From Octopus sinensis (lineage: Eukaryota), in assembly GCF_006345805.1 (NCBI RefSeq), contig NC_042997.1, positions 122,512,001 through 122,576,000 on the forward strand: 64,000 nucleotides of DNA. The letters are read 5' to 3'. The position numbers and the translations under genes are program-made. Shown here piece by piece: positions 26,905-40,110 of the stretch (the first letter of the stretch is position 1; each line of letters starts with the position of its first letter). The notes beneath the pieces were generated by a model. It did no database searches. It saw only the letters and a program-made list of their open reading frames with translations, and had not been told where the DNA came from.

Positions 26905-27255
26905 CATGGAACCACTGTTATTGGAATTAAGAAGTTCAGGCTTGTGTCGGATGGTAGATTGCAATGATAAACACTGTACAGGCACTTGAGAATGAATAAA
27001 ACTGAAAATAGGTGGATAAAGAAAAAAATGCATGGACAATTTCAATGGGATGCTGAAGATGAGACAGACAGAGAAAATATGTCTGTGGATAAGTAAAAGT
27101 GATTTACAACCGGAAACAGATGCTCTAATCAGTGCTGTCCAAGAGCAAGCACTAAGAACAAATTATATCAATTGTAGAATAGACGACACATCAGAAAGTG
27201 TAAGTGCAGAATTTGTGGACAAAATGGTGAAACCGCGTGGCATATTACTAGTCAA
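26905..27255 (+). mobile_element. Second R4/Dong-like fragment (different subfamily)
   Basis: KKMHGQF...SDLQPETDALISAVQEQALRTNY...CRICGQNGETAWHITSQ across one frameshift. Confidence 0.75.
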
Positions 27256-28217
27256 TGATAGGGTGCCAAATTTCTGGCTCGACTCGCTCCCATCCGCACA
27301 GGAAAAGCTAGTCCAGTTAATGAATGAAATTATGAAAGATCCTGCGAAAACACCCGATGTCTTAGCAAGAGCTATTACTTACCTACGCGAAATTTCCCCA
27401 GAACTATCGGCCCATAACATGTCTATCTACCACACAGCAATCTTTGGTGTATAAATAACATTAGGATACTCTCATAACACTTGAATTTCTTTCTTGATCT
27501 GTAATTTGTCTCACGTTTAAAAATCTCAGACAACAACCATATTACTTCTTAGTTTTTAGCACGTGTAGTCGTGTTCCACATAATGTTTCTAATTCTTCTT
27601 TTAAGGAAAGTAACACACAATTTTTCTGAAAAGATGAAAAACCACTGTTATATGGATAAATATAAAATCAATGGTTAGCTTAAAAGAGCATTAAAGAAAC
27701 CACAAATCCCCAAAATACATCTTTAATATTATTCCGTTATTATAAACAACACATCTATTCAACGAATAACTACAAAACTCGTCTAGATTAGAATAATAAT
27801 CAGCAGGGATGCTAATTATCGTTGTAGAAACTGGAGTAAAGTAGAAGTAAAAAAAAATTAATATAATTGCTATCAGGCAGATGTTGTTAATGAAGGTTGA
27901 CTCCAGAAGGATTAATTAGCAACGATCAGGCAAACTAAGAAAAGATGGTGAAAATATCGACTACTCATCAAATATCTCAGAAAAAATATGCAAAAGAAAA
28001 TTTTATAAAATTAAATAGTGTAAAAATAAAATTGAAAGAGAGGTTACTGCTATGTCAAGATTTCAGTTTATCGTAAATGATATTTTTTGAGACTCAACGT
28101 ATTTACATTTATTTTAATATAGTTTTATTAATTATCCTATTTTAATGCCTCTGTTGGAATTGATCTTAGAAAGGCCGTGTAGATTTCTGTAGATCAAATC
28201 ACCCAAATTGAAATACC

Positions 28218-28446
28218 TATTTCTTTACTACCCACAAGGTGCTAAACACAGAGAGGACAAACAAGGACAGACAAATGGATTAAGTCGACTATATCAACCC
28301 CAGTGTGTAACAGGTACTTATTTAATCGACCGCAAAAGGATGAAAGGCAAAGTCGACCTCGGCGGAATTTGAATTCAGAACGTAGCGGCAGACGAAATAC
28401 CACTAAGCATTTCGTCTAGCGTGCTAACTATTCTGTCAGCTCACCG
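28218..28446 (-). mobile_element. SINE family B monomer
   Basis: TSD-like CCAAATTGAAATACC (28203-28217) / CCAAATTCAAATACC (28447-28461). Confidence 0.85.
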
Positions 28447-28811
28447 CCAAATTCAAATACCATTAATTGCTGTCTCGTATAATTCTTTTCATGATTTCTA
28501 GGGCTCAAGAGAGATTTTGTGGCATATAACTGACCGAGATCACAACAATTTCTATGAACGGGATGCCGGTGCGTGGCAGGACTTCAATGCCAGAAAAGTT
28601 TGAAGGAGAGTACTAGTCCATTACATCGGTCTCAGTATTTGATTGCTTTTTATTCTATCGATCTCGAATTGATGAAAAGCATAGTTGACTTCAGCGAGAT
28701 TAAACACTCAAAACGTAATAAGCTTGAATAAATACTGTGAAGCATTTTATCCGAATTGCTAACGACTCTGCTAGTTTATAGCGTGTATTAAATATGTCAG
28801 ATCATGATCAT

Positions 28812-29105
28812 GGTCTAGTGGTTAGAGCAGCGGACTCGCGGTCGAGTGATTGCGGGTTCGAATTTCAGGCCGGGCGATGTGTCTGTTTATGAGCGAAACA
28901 CCAAGGCTCCACGCGGCTCCGGCAGAAGGTAATGGCGAACTTCTGCTGACTCTTTCGCCACAACTTTCTCTCATTCTCTCCTCCTGCATCTTACAGCTCA
29001 CCTGCGACGGACCGGCATCCCGTTCAGGTGGGGAATCCTATACGCCAAGAAAACCGGGAAACCGGCTATATGGGCCAGGCGTGACTCGAGAAAGTACAAA
29101 CACCA
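28812..29105 (+). mobile_element. SINE family D
   Basis: tRNA-like head GGTCTAGTGGTTAGAGCAGCGGACTCGCGG...GGTTCGAAT; CCTGCGACGGACCGGCATCCCG V-domain-like block. Confidence 0.8.
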
Positions 29106-29800
29106 ACAACAAAATATACAACGCTATGATAATTTTGATGTTAGTAGAGAGTTAAATATTTATCGACCCTAACTGTACTTAGAAGTTTTGATAGATTTGG
29201 TAAATAATCTGAATAGCAAACAATTATTCTGTTTTTTTTTTTGTTTTTTTTTTTTTGGTCAGTAAGTGTTATTTCCTATTTGCTTCTGTGTAGAAATCAA
29301 GGAAAGTGACTACAATTCCTTTCAAACTTTATTTTTGTGATCTGGGCAACCATGTTCTGAAACTGCTTTAGTTTCCATTGCATTTTAGACAGATTCAGCG
29401 CTGAGTTGCTGAAGAAGAAATACCGCAATGCAGTTCAATACCACAGATTTTCTAGTCAGTTGCTTGACCTTAACAACTTGATCATGTTCCTTAGAGTCTG
29501 ACAATATGTGCATCGCTGATCATGAGCAGGAATCGTGGGGGAGCATCATAGCCATGTGTTGCGAGGGATTCTTTGGGGGGTTAAATAAATGTAACAAAGG
29601 CAAAGTTTGAAGGAAATATTAGACATTTTTCATACTTTTTGAGGGGTAAGCACATAGGAAATAACAGTTGCTAATCCAAACTCCTGTTACAACACTTCAT
29701 TATATTCTAATGTATTCACGGACGTTTCATTCCACTGATATTTTCTAGGCTTTCCATGTTGCCAACATTCTCCGGGGATGAAATATTAACTTGAAGTAAA

Positions 29801-30380
29801 GGTGGCGAGCTGGCAGAAACGTTAGCACGCCGGGCGAAATGCTTAGCGGTATTTCGTCTGCGTTACGTTGTGAGTTCAAATTCCGCCGAGGTCGACTTTG
29901 CCTTTCATCTTTTCGGGGTCGATAAATTAAGTACCAGTTACGCACTGGGTCGATGTGATCGACTTAATACCTATGTCTGTCCTTGTTTGTCCCCTCTGTG
30001 TTTAGCCTCTTGTGGGTAATAAAGAAATAGGTATTTCGTCTGCCGCAACGTTCTGAGTTCAAATTCTGTCGAGGTCAACTTTGCCTTTCATCCTTTCGGG
30101 GATCGATAAATTAAGTACCAGTTACGCACTGAGGTCGATGTAATCGACTTAATCCGTTTGTCTGTCCTTGTTTGTCCTCTCTGTCTTTAGCCTTGTGGGT
30201 AGTAAAGAAATAGGTATTTCGTCTGCCGCTACGATCTGAGTTCAAATTCTGCCGAGGTCGATTTTGCTTTTCATCCTTTCGGGGTCGGTCAAATAAGTAC
30301 CAGTTACGGACTGGGGTCGATATAATCGACTTAATCCGTTTGTCTGTCCTTGTTTGTCCTCGCTGTGTTTAGCCCCGTTT
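29801..30380 (+). mobile_element. SINE family B trimer-plus
   Basis: One full head and further ~182-bp units joined at AAAGAAATAG|GTATTTCGTCTGCCG. Confidence 0.85.
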
Positions 30381-31123
30381 ATGAGCATGTCATGCGAATA
30401 ATTCAATAAGTTAGTTCTGGATTTGAACCCCAGGCATGACATGCTTTAAATGTAACAACCGTGATTATGCAAATAAAAATATTCAAGTAGTTGGCCAAAT
30501 TTATTCTCACATAAAATTCTTCAAAAATCCTTGCAATTTCATTTGCTCGCTAAGCGTACTCCAAGTGCAGAATTACTGTGAAAGATCTGCGGTAGTAATT
30601 TGTCTTGTATGTCGCAGGCAATAAGCTTCCGACATTGTATTTGCTCATGAGCGACACTCATGATTGTAGCTCGTGCAAGTTCATTACTTTCAAAAGAAGA
30701 TTAATTGTATATTCATTCGCATTACCAATGGAATCTTGTATAGATTAGTGTGGTGCAATAACAAAGCTAAGAGCTTGGCTGATTTCGGTTTAATCAGCAA
30801 CAACATAATGTGTCAACATCTATTTCCAACAAAGCATTTAGTTTTACATTTAAATATCATAGAATTTGCCCTCCGAACTCTTTAACTATGCGCGAATCTA
30901 TCTGACTGCTTATAGATACGTACACTGCACAAGCTGAGAGATACAAAAGGTTGTCGAAATAAATTCAAGGAAACGAACAAGTTTACAAAGCATGTTATCA
31001 CACTATTAGTGGAGAAACGCTTTCTTTGAGAACATTAAAGTGGTGACCTGAAAAACAAAAAATAATTGCACACGTATTATGGTAGAACAATAAAAAATGT
31101 GATTTGGGCGGAGATATGTATAC

Positions 31124-31476
31124 ACTTTTACTCTTTTATTTGGTTCAGCCATTTGTCTGCGGCCATGCCGGAGCACCGCCTTTAATGGAGCAAATCGACC
31201 CCAGTAATTATTCTTTGTAAGCCTAGTACATATTCTATCAGTCTCTTTTGCCAAGCCGCTACGTCACGGGGACGTAAACACACCAGCATCGGTTGTCAAG
31301 CTTTGTTGAGCGGGGGGGGGGACAAACACAGACACACAAACATAAGAGACTGATAGAATAAGTACTGGGCTTACAAGGAATAAGTTATGGGACCGATTTG
31401 CTCGACTAAAAGGCGGTGCTCCAGCATGGCCGCAGTCAAAGGACTGAAACAAGTGAAAGAGTACATAAAAGAGAGT
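31124..31476. mobile_element. SINE family A 3' half with an inverted copy of its tail
   Basis: Arms 31124-31247 and 31344-31476 (~125 bp, roughly 85% identical) around a ~96-bp spacer of SINE body. Confidence 0.75.
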
Positions 31477-32089
31477 ATATAATGAAAGTTTGAACCGTTA
31501 TCAATTCAGAATTATATGTGGTACCATATTGAAACAAATTTCCGTTGAGACGAATATAATCATCTTACATATTTAAACTCACGCAATTATTAATGTTTAT
31601 GCATACAAATACAAAGATTCATCATTACATCATCCCAGAAGCAGTCGCACATTTACTCACAAACACATGCACACGCACACACATATATGCACACACAAAT
31701 ATACCTATATCGTTATTCATATAATAACATACATGTATCTGTATATGCATGTGTGTGTATATGTATGTGTGTATGTGTTGCTGTATCAATATATATGTAG
31801 AGTTAGTTGAACATGCTATCGTGTTATCAAGTTGCATCATTCGATTATATTAAATATTGGAAAGTATTCATCCCAAACTAGCATTGTAATTAAATTGTTA
31901 ATATGAGAAATCACACCATCTATTAGAATTGTCTGACACAACCAAAGAAAGTATAATAGTAAAAGTGTTCAACTTTACAATACACACAAACACGTGCACA
32001 CACACACAGAAACACATACACATATATACTTGTATAATTGGTTAGATTTTCGCTTGAATTTATACGAATATATCTTACGTGTATCTTGT

Positions 32090-32092
32090 GCT

Positions 32093-32126
<34 letters not shown>

Positions 32127-32132
32127 ATATAA

Positions 32133-32167
<35 letters not shown>

Positions 32168-32308
32168 TTATATATATATATAAATATATGTATGTATATA
32201 TGTATGTATATATATATATATGATATATATAAATATGTATGTAATATATGTATGTATATATATATATATAAATATATGTATGGTGTATATGTATGTATAT
32301 ATATATAA

Positions 32309-32343
<35 letters not shown>

Positions 32344-32436
32344 TATATATATATATATAAATATATGTATGTATATATATATATATAAATATATGTAGTA
32401 TATATATATATAAATATATGTATGTATATATAATAA

Positions 32437-32496
<60 letters not shown>

Positions 32497-32752
32497 ATAT
32501 ATATATATATATAATATATATGTATGTATATATATATATTATGTATGTTATATATATATATACGTATGTATATATATATATATATATATAGATATATAAA
32601 TATATGTATGTATGTATATATATATATATATATATATATAAATATATGTATGTATATATATATATATATATATATAAATATATGTATGTATATATATATA
32701 TATATAATAAATATATGTATGTATATATATATATATATATATATAAATATAG

Positions 32753-32791
<39 letters not shown>

Positions 32792-33117
32792 TGTATTATA
32801 TATATATTATATATATATATATATAATATATGTATGGTATATATATATATATATTATATATTATAAATATATGTATGTATATATATATTTATATAAATAT
32901 ATGTATGTAGATATATATATATATAAATATATGTATGTATATATATAATAAATATCGTAGTATATAAATATAGTAATATTGTATTGTATATATATATATA
33001 TGTATATAAATATAAGTATGTATATATATCTTATATATATATAAATATATGTATGTATAGATATATATATATAAATATATGTATGTATATATATATATAT
33101 ATATAAATATATGTATG

Positions 33118-33151
<34 letters not shown>

Positions 33152-33323
33152 AATATGTATGTATATATATAATATATAATATAAATATATGTACGTATAT
33201 ATAGCTATATATTATATAAATATATGTATGTAGTATATATATTATATATTATCTATAGATAATATAAATATATGTGTGTATATATATATATATATAAATA
33301 TGTATGTATATATATATATAAAA

Positions 33324-33361
<38 letters not shown>

Positions 33362-33560
33362 TATGTATGTATATATATATATATATATATATAAATATAT
33401 GTATGTATCTGTATCTATATATATATATATATATATATAAATATATGTATGTATATATATATATATTAAATATATGTATGTATATATATATATATATTAT
33501 ATATAAATATATGTTGTATATATAGATATATATTATAAATATATGTATGTATATATATAG

Positions 33561-33593
<33 letters not shown>

Positions 33594-34060
33594 GTATGTA
33601 TAATATATATATATAGATATATATATAAAATAGGTAGTATATATATATATATATATATAAATATATGTATGTATATAGATAATATATATATATATATAAT
33701 ATAAATATATGTATGTATATATATATATATATATATAAATATATGTATATATCTATATATATATAAATATATGTATGTATATAATATATATATATATAAA
33801 TATATGTATATAATATATATAAATATATGATAATATATATATATAAATATATTATGTATATATGTATATATATATATAAATATATGTATATATATATATA
33901 TATATAATAATGTATGTATATATATATATAAATATATGTATGTATATATATATATAAATATATGTATGTATATATATATTTATATATATATAAATATATG
34001 TATGTATATATATGTATATATATATATATATATAAATATATGTATGTATATATATGTATA

Positions 34061-34100
<40 letters not shown>

Positions 34101-34162
34101 CTATGTATATATATGTATATAATATATATATATATATATAAATATATCTATGTATATATATG

Positions 34163-34202
<40 letters not shown>

Positions 34203-34358
34203 ATGTATATATATGTATATATATAATATATAGATATATAAATATATGTATGTATATATATGTGTATATATATATAAATATATGTATGTATACAATATGT
34301 GTATATATATATATATATATAAATATATGTATGTATATATATGTATATATATATATAA

Positions 34359-34391
<33 letters not shown>

Positions 34392-34771
34392 CATATATAT
34401 TTAATGTATGTATATATATGTATGTATATGTACATATATTTTATATGTATGTATATATATATGTATATATATATATATAGAATATGTATGTATATATATG
34501 TATGTATATCTACATATTATTTATATGTATGTATATATATGTATATATATATTATATATACATATATGTATGTATATATATAATATCTATATATATATAT
34601 ATATAATAAATATATGTATGCATATATATGTATGTATATATACATATGTATATATATGTATGTATATATACATATATATTTATATGTATATATATATACA
34701 CTATATATGTATGTATATATACATATATATATGTATGTATATATATATATTATATATATATATATATATAA

Positions 34772-34804
<33 letters not shown>

Positions 34805-34950
34805 CATATATATTTATATGTATGTATATACATATATATATGTATGTATATATACATATATATATGTATGTATATATACATATATATATATGTATGTATA
34901 TATACATATATATATATGTATGTATACATACATACATATATATATATAGA
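32090..34950. repeat. ~2.9-kb TA-based minisatellite, unit TAAATATATGTATGTA(TA)n
   Basis: Dozens of copies of a fixed anchor separated by variable (TA)n; the anchor drifts to TACATATATGTATGTA in the last ~500 bp. Confidence 0.95.
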
Positions 34951-35124
34951 GAGAGAGAGAAAGGGAGACGCAGATAAGTAGCTAGAACGTTGCATACACA
35001 CCTCTATATAATATATATATGTGTATACATGCATATACATACATATAATTATACATGTGTGTGTCTACGTGCACACACATATAATTATATATATGTTTGT
35101 GTGTGTGTGTGTATTCAGAGGGGA

Positions 35125-35157
<33 letters not shown>

Positions 35158-35768
35158 GAGTAACTTTTTAAAGTTCATTTAGAATTGTCATTTATACGAA
35201 GAAACCCGATCACCATCGTACGAGGCTTCGCGATCATTAGCCTCTGTATTACAATAACCACAATCCAGAATATCGTTATTACACCCATTAATCCCAACAT
35301 GCACAACAGTAAATAAGACGGCAATAACTGTAATATTTGAATGGTTTGAATATAGTTGATTTGCCTAGTTAACAAAGCAAACATCAATTGTGAAAATATC
35401 GATATTTTTAGTGGAATATGCGATCTGATAATTCGAAATAGCGAGACTACAAAGAATTAATGACATACATTAAACCCTAGCGAATACATTATATTGCAAT
35501 ATTCGTTCCATATGAAAGAAAAAAAAACCAAGCTTTTCCCTGCATACCAATGGATGGTTATATGTCACATATATTTAGATAGTAGATGTTGGGGGCAGAA
35601 ATTGTGTACCATGCATTTCATATGAGAGTAAATCAGTGATTTTTTTTTTTGTGTATGTTAATAAGATTTTTTGCAAATTTAGCAAATGTCATTGCATTGT
35701 GTTGTTTATTTTTGGATGATAAAGTTTCTTTCAGTTTATTGCCAGTCTTATACTGTATACTGAGTGCA

Positions 35769-36004
35769 AGGCGGCGACCTGGCAGAAACGTTAGCACGCT
35801 CGGCGAAATGCTTAGCAATATTTCGTCTGTCGCTACGTTCTGAGTTTGAATTCCGCCGAGGTCGACTTTTCCTTTCATTCTTTCGGTGTCGATTAAATAA
35901 GTACCCGTTACGCACTGGGGTCGATGTAATCGACTTAATCCGTTTGTCTCTCCTTGTTTGTCCTTTCTGTGTTTAGCCCCTTTTGGGCAGTAAAGAAATA
36001 GGTC
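35769..36004 (+). mobile_element. SINE family B monomer
   Basis: Perfect 11-bp TSD TACTGAGTGCA (35758-35768 / 36005-36015). Confidence 0.9.
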
Positions 36005-36212
36005 TACTGAGTGCATCATTGCTACGTAATAATACAAGAAATTATATGAACTTTATTAAGATTTCCCATAACAAAAATGTGTGCATATCTATCTATCACC
36101 CTACCTACCTATTTACCTATCAATTATTCTATCTATTTATTCGGCGCGAATGTTTTTTTTTATACGGCACCGTTTTTGCAATCCTGTAAATAATAATATT
36201 AATGGTATGTTT

Positions 36213-36519
36213 ATATAAGCTTAAAGCTTATGACGATCACCGTGCTATTACTAAGGAAAATAGTCTAATAAAGGGACGTATAAGCCCTCAACAGAAAAAA
36301 GAAACCTTTCCTATCTGCGTGGTAGTCGAATCCACATCCCTTCGCTAACATGACTAAGTGTGTTACCTTTACACACTTAGTCGCGTTAACAAAGGGATGT
36401 GGGTTCGACTCTCACGCTTATATGAAATCTTTCTTTTTTCTGTAGAGGGCTTATATGCCCTTTATTAGACTATTTTCTTTTGACATGCACTGTAATGGCC
36501 ATAAGATTTAAGCTTATAT
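36213..36519. mobile_element. Fold-back MITE-like element (~307 bp)
   Basis: ~150-bp imperfect inverted arms meeting at CTAAGTGTGT-tacctttt-like loop-ACACACTTAG; related right-arm pieces at ~44085-44175 and ~44283-44405. Confidence 0.75.
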
Positions 36520-36624
36520 TAAAATAATACGACTATCTATTTATCTGTCTAGCCATCCATCCATCTAGCTAGCTATGGTTCAAATCTACAGAAAACAACG
36601 GACGAAGATAGGTGAAGGAATAGG

Positions 36625-37005
36625 AGCACTCCGTCGGTTACGACGATGAGGGTCCCAGCTGATACGATCAACGGAACAGCTTGCTCGTGGAATTAACGTG
36701 CAAGTGGCTGAGCATTCCACAGACACGTGTACCCTTAACATAGTTCTCGAGGAGATTCAGCGTGACGCAGAGTGTGATAAGCTGGCCCTTTGGAATACAG
36801 GTACAAAAGAAACAGGAAGAAAGAGTGAGAGAAAGTTGTGGTGAAAGAGTACAGCAGGGTTCACCACCACCACCTGCAGGAGCCTTGTGATGCTTTAGGT
36901 TTTTTCGCTCAATAAACACTCACAATGCCCGGTCTGGGAATCGAAACCGCGATCCTGCGACCGCGAGTCCGCTGCCCTAACCACTGGGCCATTGCGCCTC
37001 CACCA
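36625..37005 (-). mobile_element. tRNA-derived SINE (family D-related head, long 3' segment)
   Basis: Minus head GGCGCAATGGCCCAGTGGTTAGGGCAGCGGACTCGCGG; 3' segment shared with 22085-22275. Confidence 0.75.
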
Positions 37006-37509
37006 GGTGAAGGAATAACAAGCAGGGGTATTAGGTTAACTCTCGGAAATAATGGAAACGTCTTTAACGTTTCGAGTCTATCTGTCTGTCTGTCTGTCTA
37101 TATGAGGATATTTGCATGTGCGTAGATTGTCATTGTATTCTAATAATGCACTCTGATGGAGCATTCCACTGAAATTTGAGTTTTATTTTCCCCTCACTGA
37201 TTTAAAGGAATTAAAGTAATTATCATTCTATAAGGCGCTACTTTAGAAATGTAATCTGAAAACATATTTTCTAACGAGTGTGACGATTAGGGTGTCAGAT
37301 AGAAGTATTTTGCATTATAAACGATTTTACACACACACACACACATGCACGCACACACGCACACAAACACGTCAGTCGCGGCTACGTAACAGTTTTGAAA
37401 AGAGTGGTGGAAGCCGTGTTTAAGCTAAAATTTTTGGGGAAATAAATATTAATAAAATACTATCATAGCCCAATGTATCATTATTAAAATTTGTTCGTAA
37501 TTATGGTAA

Positions 37510-38500
37510 GAAAAATTACCCATTTGTGTTTCCACCTTCTCCTCTGCTTCATTCTGGAAATATATCACTATATAGGCTGTTTTGATGTCGGTGCTAAATC
37601 GTTCACATCCACCGAAGCGTCACTGTATCTGCAGTAACTATTCGCTTTCAAGCCTTGAGTTTCACCTTAATTCTATCCCTATTTTAAATCTGGTCGGATA
37701 ATATGAATCTTCTTCTATGCCCCAGCAGCTCCAATCATCCGTCCATTGATCAAAGACTCGCTCTAGCTAAGTTCCTTTTTTTCATATATAGCTTTCTTCA
37801 CCTCGAGATATTTACCGATCAGCCTCAATTATTTCTAATTTAGATATTCCTCTAAACAGTCATGGTTGTCGAAGATGATGAAATAGAGAAGTTTTGGTTT
37901 GCCCTTGTTACACATTTTGGATTATTTCTCTTCTCCATAAGAGATGAAAGCGCATTGCCTGCTGGTAAATGTGTTGCACTCATGATCGCAAAATTCGCAG
38001 CATGGATTCCTGTGCATTTTTTCTTGAGTAAAATGAAGTGAGCATTCATATATTGCGCCAATATCCATACACGTAAATGAGTTCCCCTGCGTCGGAGTGG
38101 CATCCCATTCAGATGTATGTTTCGTTCTGAGACTCTTATAAAATATACAAAATGGGTAACTGCTCCCATGTTTCCTAGTTCTTGACACTGTATTAACAAT
38201 GCAAGGATCAAACATATCAGCGACTTGGTCCTTCACCTACCCTCTTCCAAACCATTAACAAATATCTTGATCTTCTAATCCCGGAGCTACATCATATTAG
38301 TGTCAACTATTTTGCCGACTACCATGTGTGGAAGCGAGTGTTTGGATCATTATCTAAACTGACTCTTTCTTTAAACGTTACTAATCCAAGTCCTTTTAGC
38401 TAAACAATCGACCACATCACCCCATTATCCAAAATGATCCTTCAAATTGTTCTCTGTAGCTTCAAAGTTCAAACCGATTTTACTCGTTTCCTTAGACTGT
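37510..38500 (-). pseudogene. Decayed retrocopy of an hnRNP A1/A2-like two-RRM protein gene
   Basis: Minus-strand frames give SKETSKIGLNFEATENNLKDHFG*WGDVVDCL / KGLGLVTFKE / HMVVGKIVDT / KIFVNGLEE / SYGE...KGKPKLLYFIIFDNHDCL...IGKYLEVKKAI, collinear with RRM1-linker-RRM2 of hnRNP A1; Gly-containing remnants follow. Stops, deletions and a ~280-bp insertion in RRM2. Confidence 0.75.
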
Positions 38501-38809
38501 TGTTTTATAATTTGTAATGTGAAATAATAAAAACACATATTTTTTTAAACTTAAAATGTCTCCGAAATTATATCTGAAACCTGGTGACGAAGTACCTCAA
38601 AAGGCTTAACTTAAAGCAATGATTTCTTTCCGTATCTTATTCCACTATATCCATCACTTTCCTCCTTTTTCCTTTTTTCTGATGAAGGACTAGTTTCAGA
38701 AACATCAAGGCGTTTTGTCATTCCTTTCAGGTATATGACTAATAACATCTGTGTTAAAAACTTGTTCCTCCTGTGATTTTTCTTGATTTTTTTCCTATAC
38801 ATACATACT

Positions 38810-39210
38810 CTGAAATATTGAGGAATGTACAACTACTCTATCCAGATTACAAGTTCTATAACTGTAATTTATGGAGCACTGGGATACGTAACATACTGCC
38901 TAAATACAAATATTGAGAAATTAGACTCTCCAAACCACAAACAAGAAGCTGATATAACACTACAAATCCAAGCCATCACTGGAACTGTAAAAATCTGTAA
39001 AACTTTCCGAAACTTGTTCATTTAAGTATATACGAACATGTCTAGACATGCAACAATATGCATAAGGACACATACATAAAATGAAACATATGCATAATAC
39101 AAAAATACCTCGTTGATGTTATTGAAATCCCAATAAAATGCCCTTGGATCTAGGTCAGAAACCGGCTCTTCCCTTGTTGGCAAAAAATCTTGAAATAAAA
39201 CTGAAAAATG
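38810..39210 (+). mobile_element. RLE-type LINE 3' end with 3' UTR
   Basis: RNVQLLYPDYKF...VIYGALGYVTYCLNTNIEKL...LQIQAITGTVKICKTF*, a typical terminus of RLE ORFs. Confidence 0.65.
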
Positions 39211-39224
39211 TCACACATACATAC

Positions 39225-39488
39225 GTGATAAAAAAATAAATGCACCCTTTTAATGCCTAGCCAGGCTCATGGGCCCGGTTTCCCAGTTTTTATGGCGTAT
39301 GTATTTCCCAGCTGGACGGGACGCCAGTCCATCGCAGCGTAACTCATTTTTGCCAGCTGAGTGGACTGGAGCAACGTGAAATGAAGTGTTTTGTTCAAGA
39401 ACACAACGCGTCGCCCGGTCCATGATTCGAAACCACAATCTTACGATCATGGTGCTGACGCCCTAACCACTAAACCACGCGCCTCCAC
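39225..39488 (-). mobile_element. SINE family C
   Basis: Homologous to 17302-17552; TSD-like ACATACATAC (39215-39224 / 39489-39498). Confidence 0.85.
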
Positions 39489-39514
39489 ACATACATACAT
39501 AAATACCTCTATAA

Positions 39515-39545
<31 letters not shown>

Positions 39546-40046
39546 AAGAGAGTGAGTGAGAGAGAGAGGAGGGACATAGAGGACGAACATAGGCATGCCC
39601 ATAGTACGCACAATCACACACATACAGCTAGATTGTTTTATAGTTAGCTAGGTAGACAGCTCGATCGATACATGGCGAAATGGAGATTTGTGTGTCTATA
39701 TATTAAAAGGGGAAAGTGGGAAAATACTTATAGAATGATTATTTCCGTGATGCTCATATTATAGATATGAATTTGCCCTAGGTCCCTAAATATTGATTGA
39801 TTTTTGAGGAAGGTAAAAATTTGGGCATTATCTAAAATTCTAGCAAAGTGATTCGTGGCCTCTCTGACCTTCGCGTATAAAACACTTTTCATAATGAAAT
39901 AGTAAAAACAACACATATTTATACACATACGCACACGCACACATATATATATAAAGAGAAATAGAGAGAGAGAAAGAGAGAAAGTGACATAGAGAGAAAA
40001 GGAAAGAGAAACACGAAATGAGAGAGAGAGAGACAGACATATAGAA

Positions 40047-40110
<64 letters not shown>

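Noticed and set aside
31994-35040. Many long YI/MYI/CV-rich ORFs
   Set aside because: Translations of (TA)n/(TATG)n repeats, which lack stop codons by composition.
35190-35330. Signal-peptide-like IAVLFTVVHVGINGCNNDILDCGYC frame on the minus strand
   Set aside because: Periodicity is explained by a decayed (RRT)n trinucleotide tract; no good splice donor.
39694-39900. Helitron-like 5' start TCTATATATTAAAAG
   Set aside because: No convincing 3' hairpin-CTRR end found.
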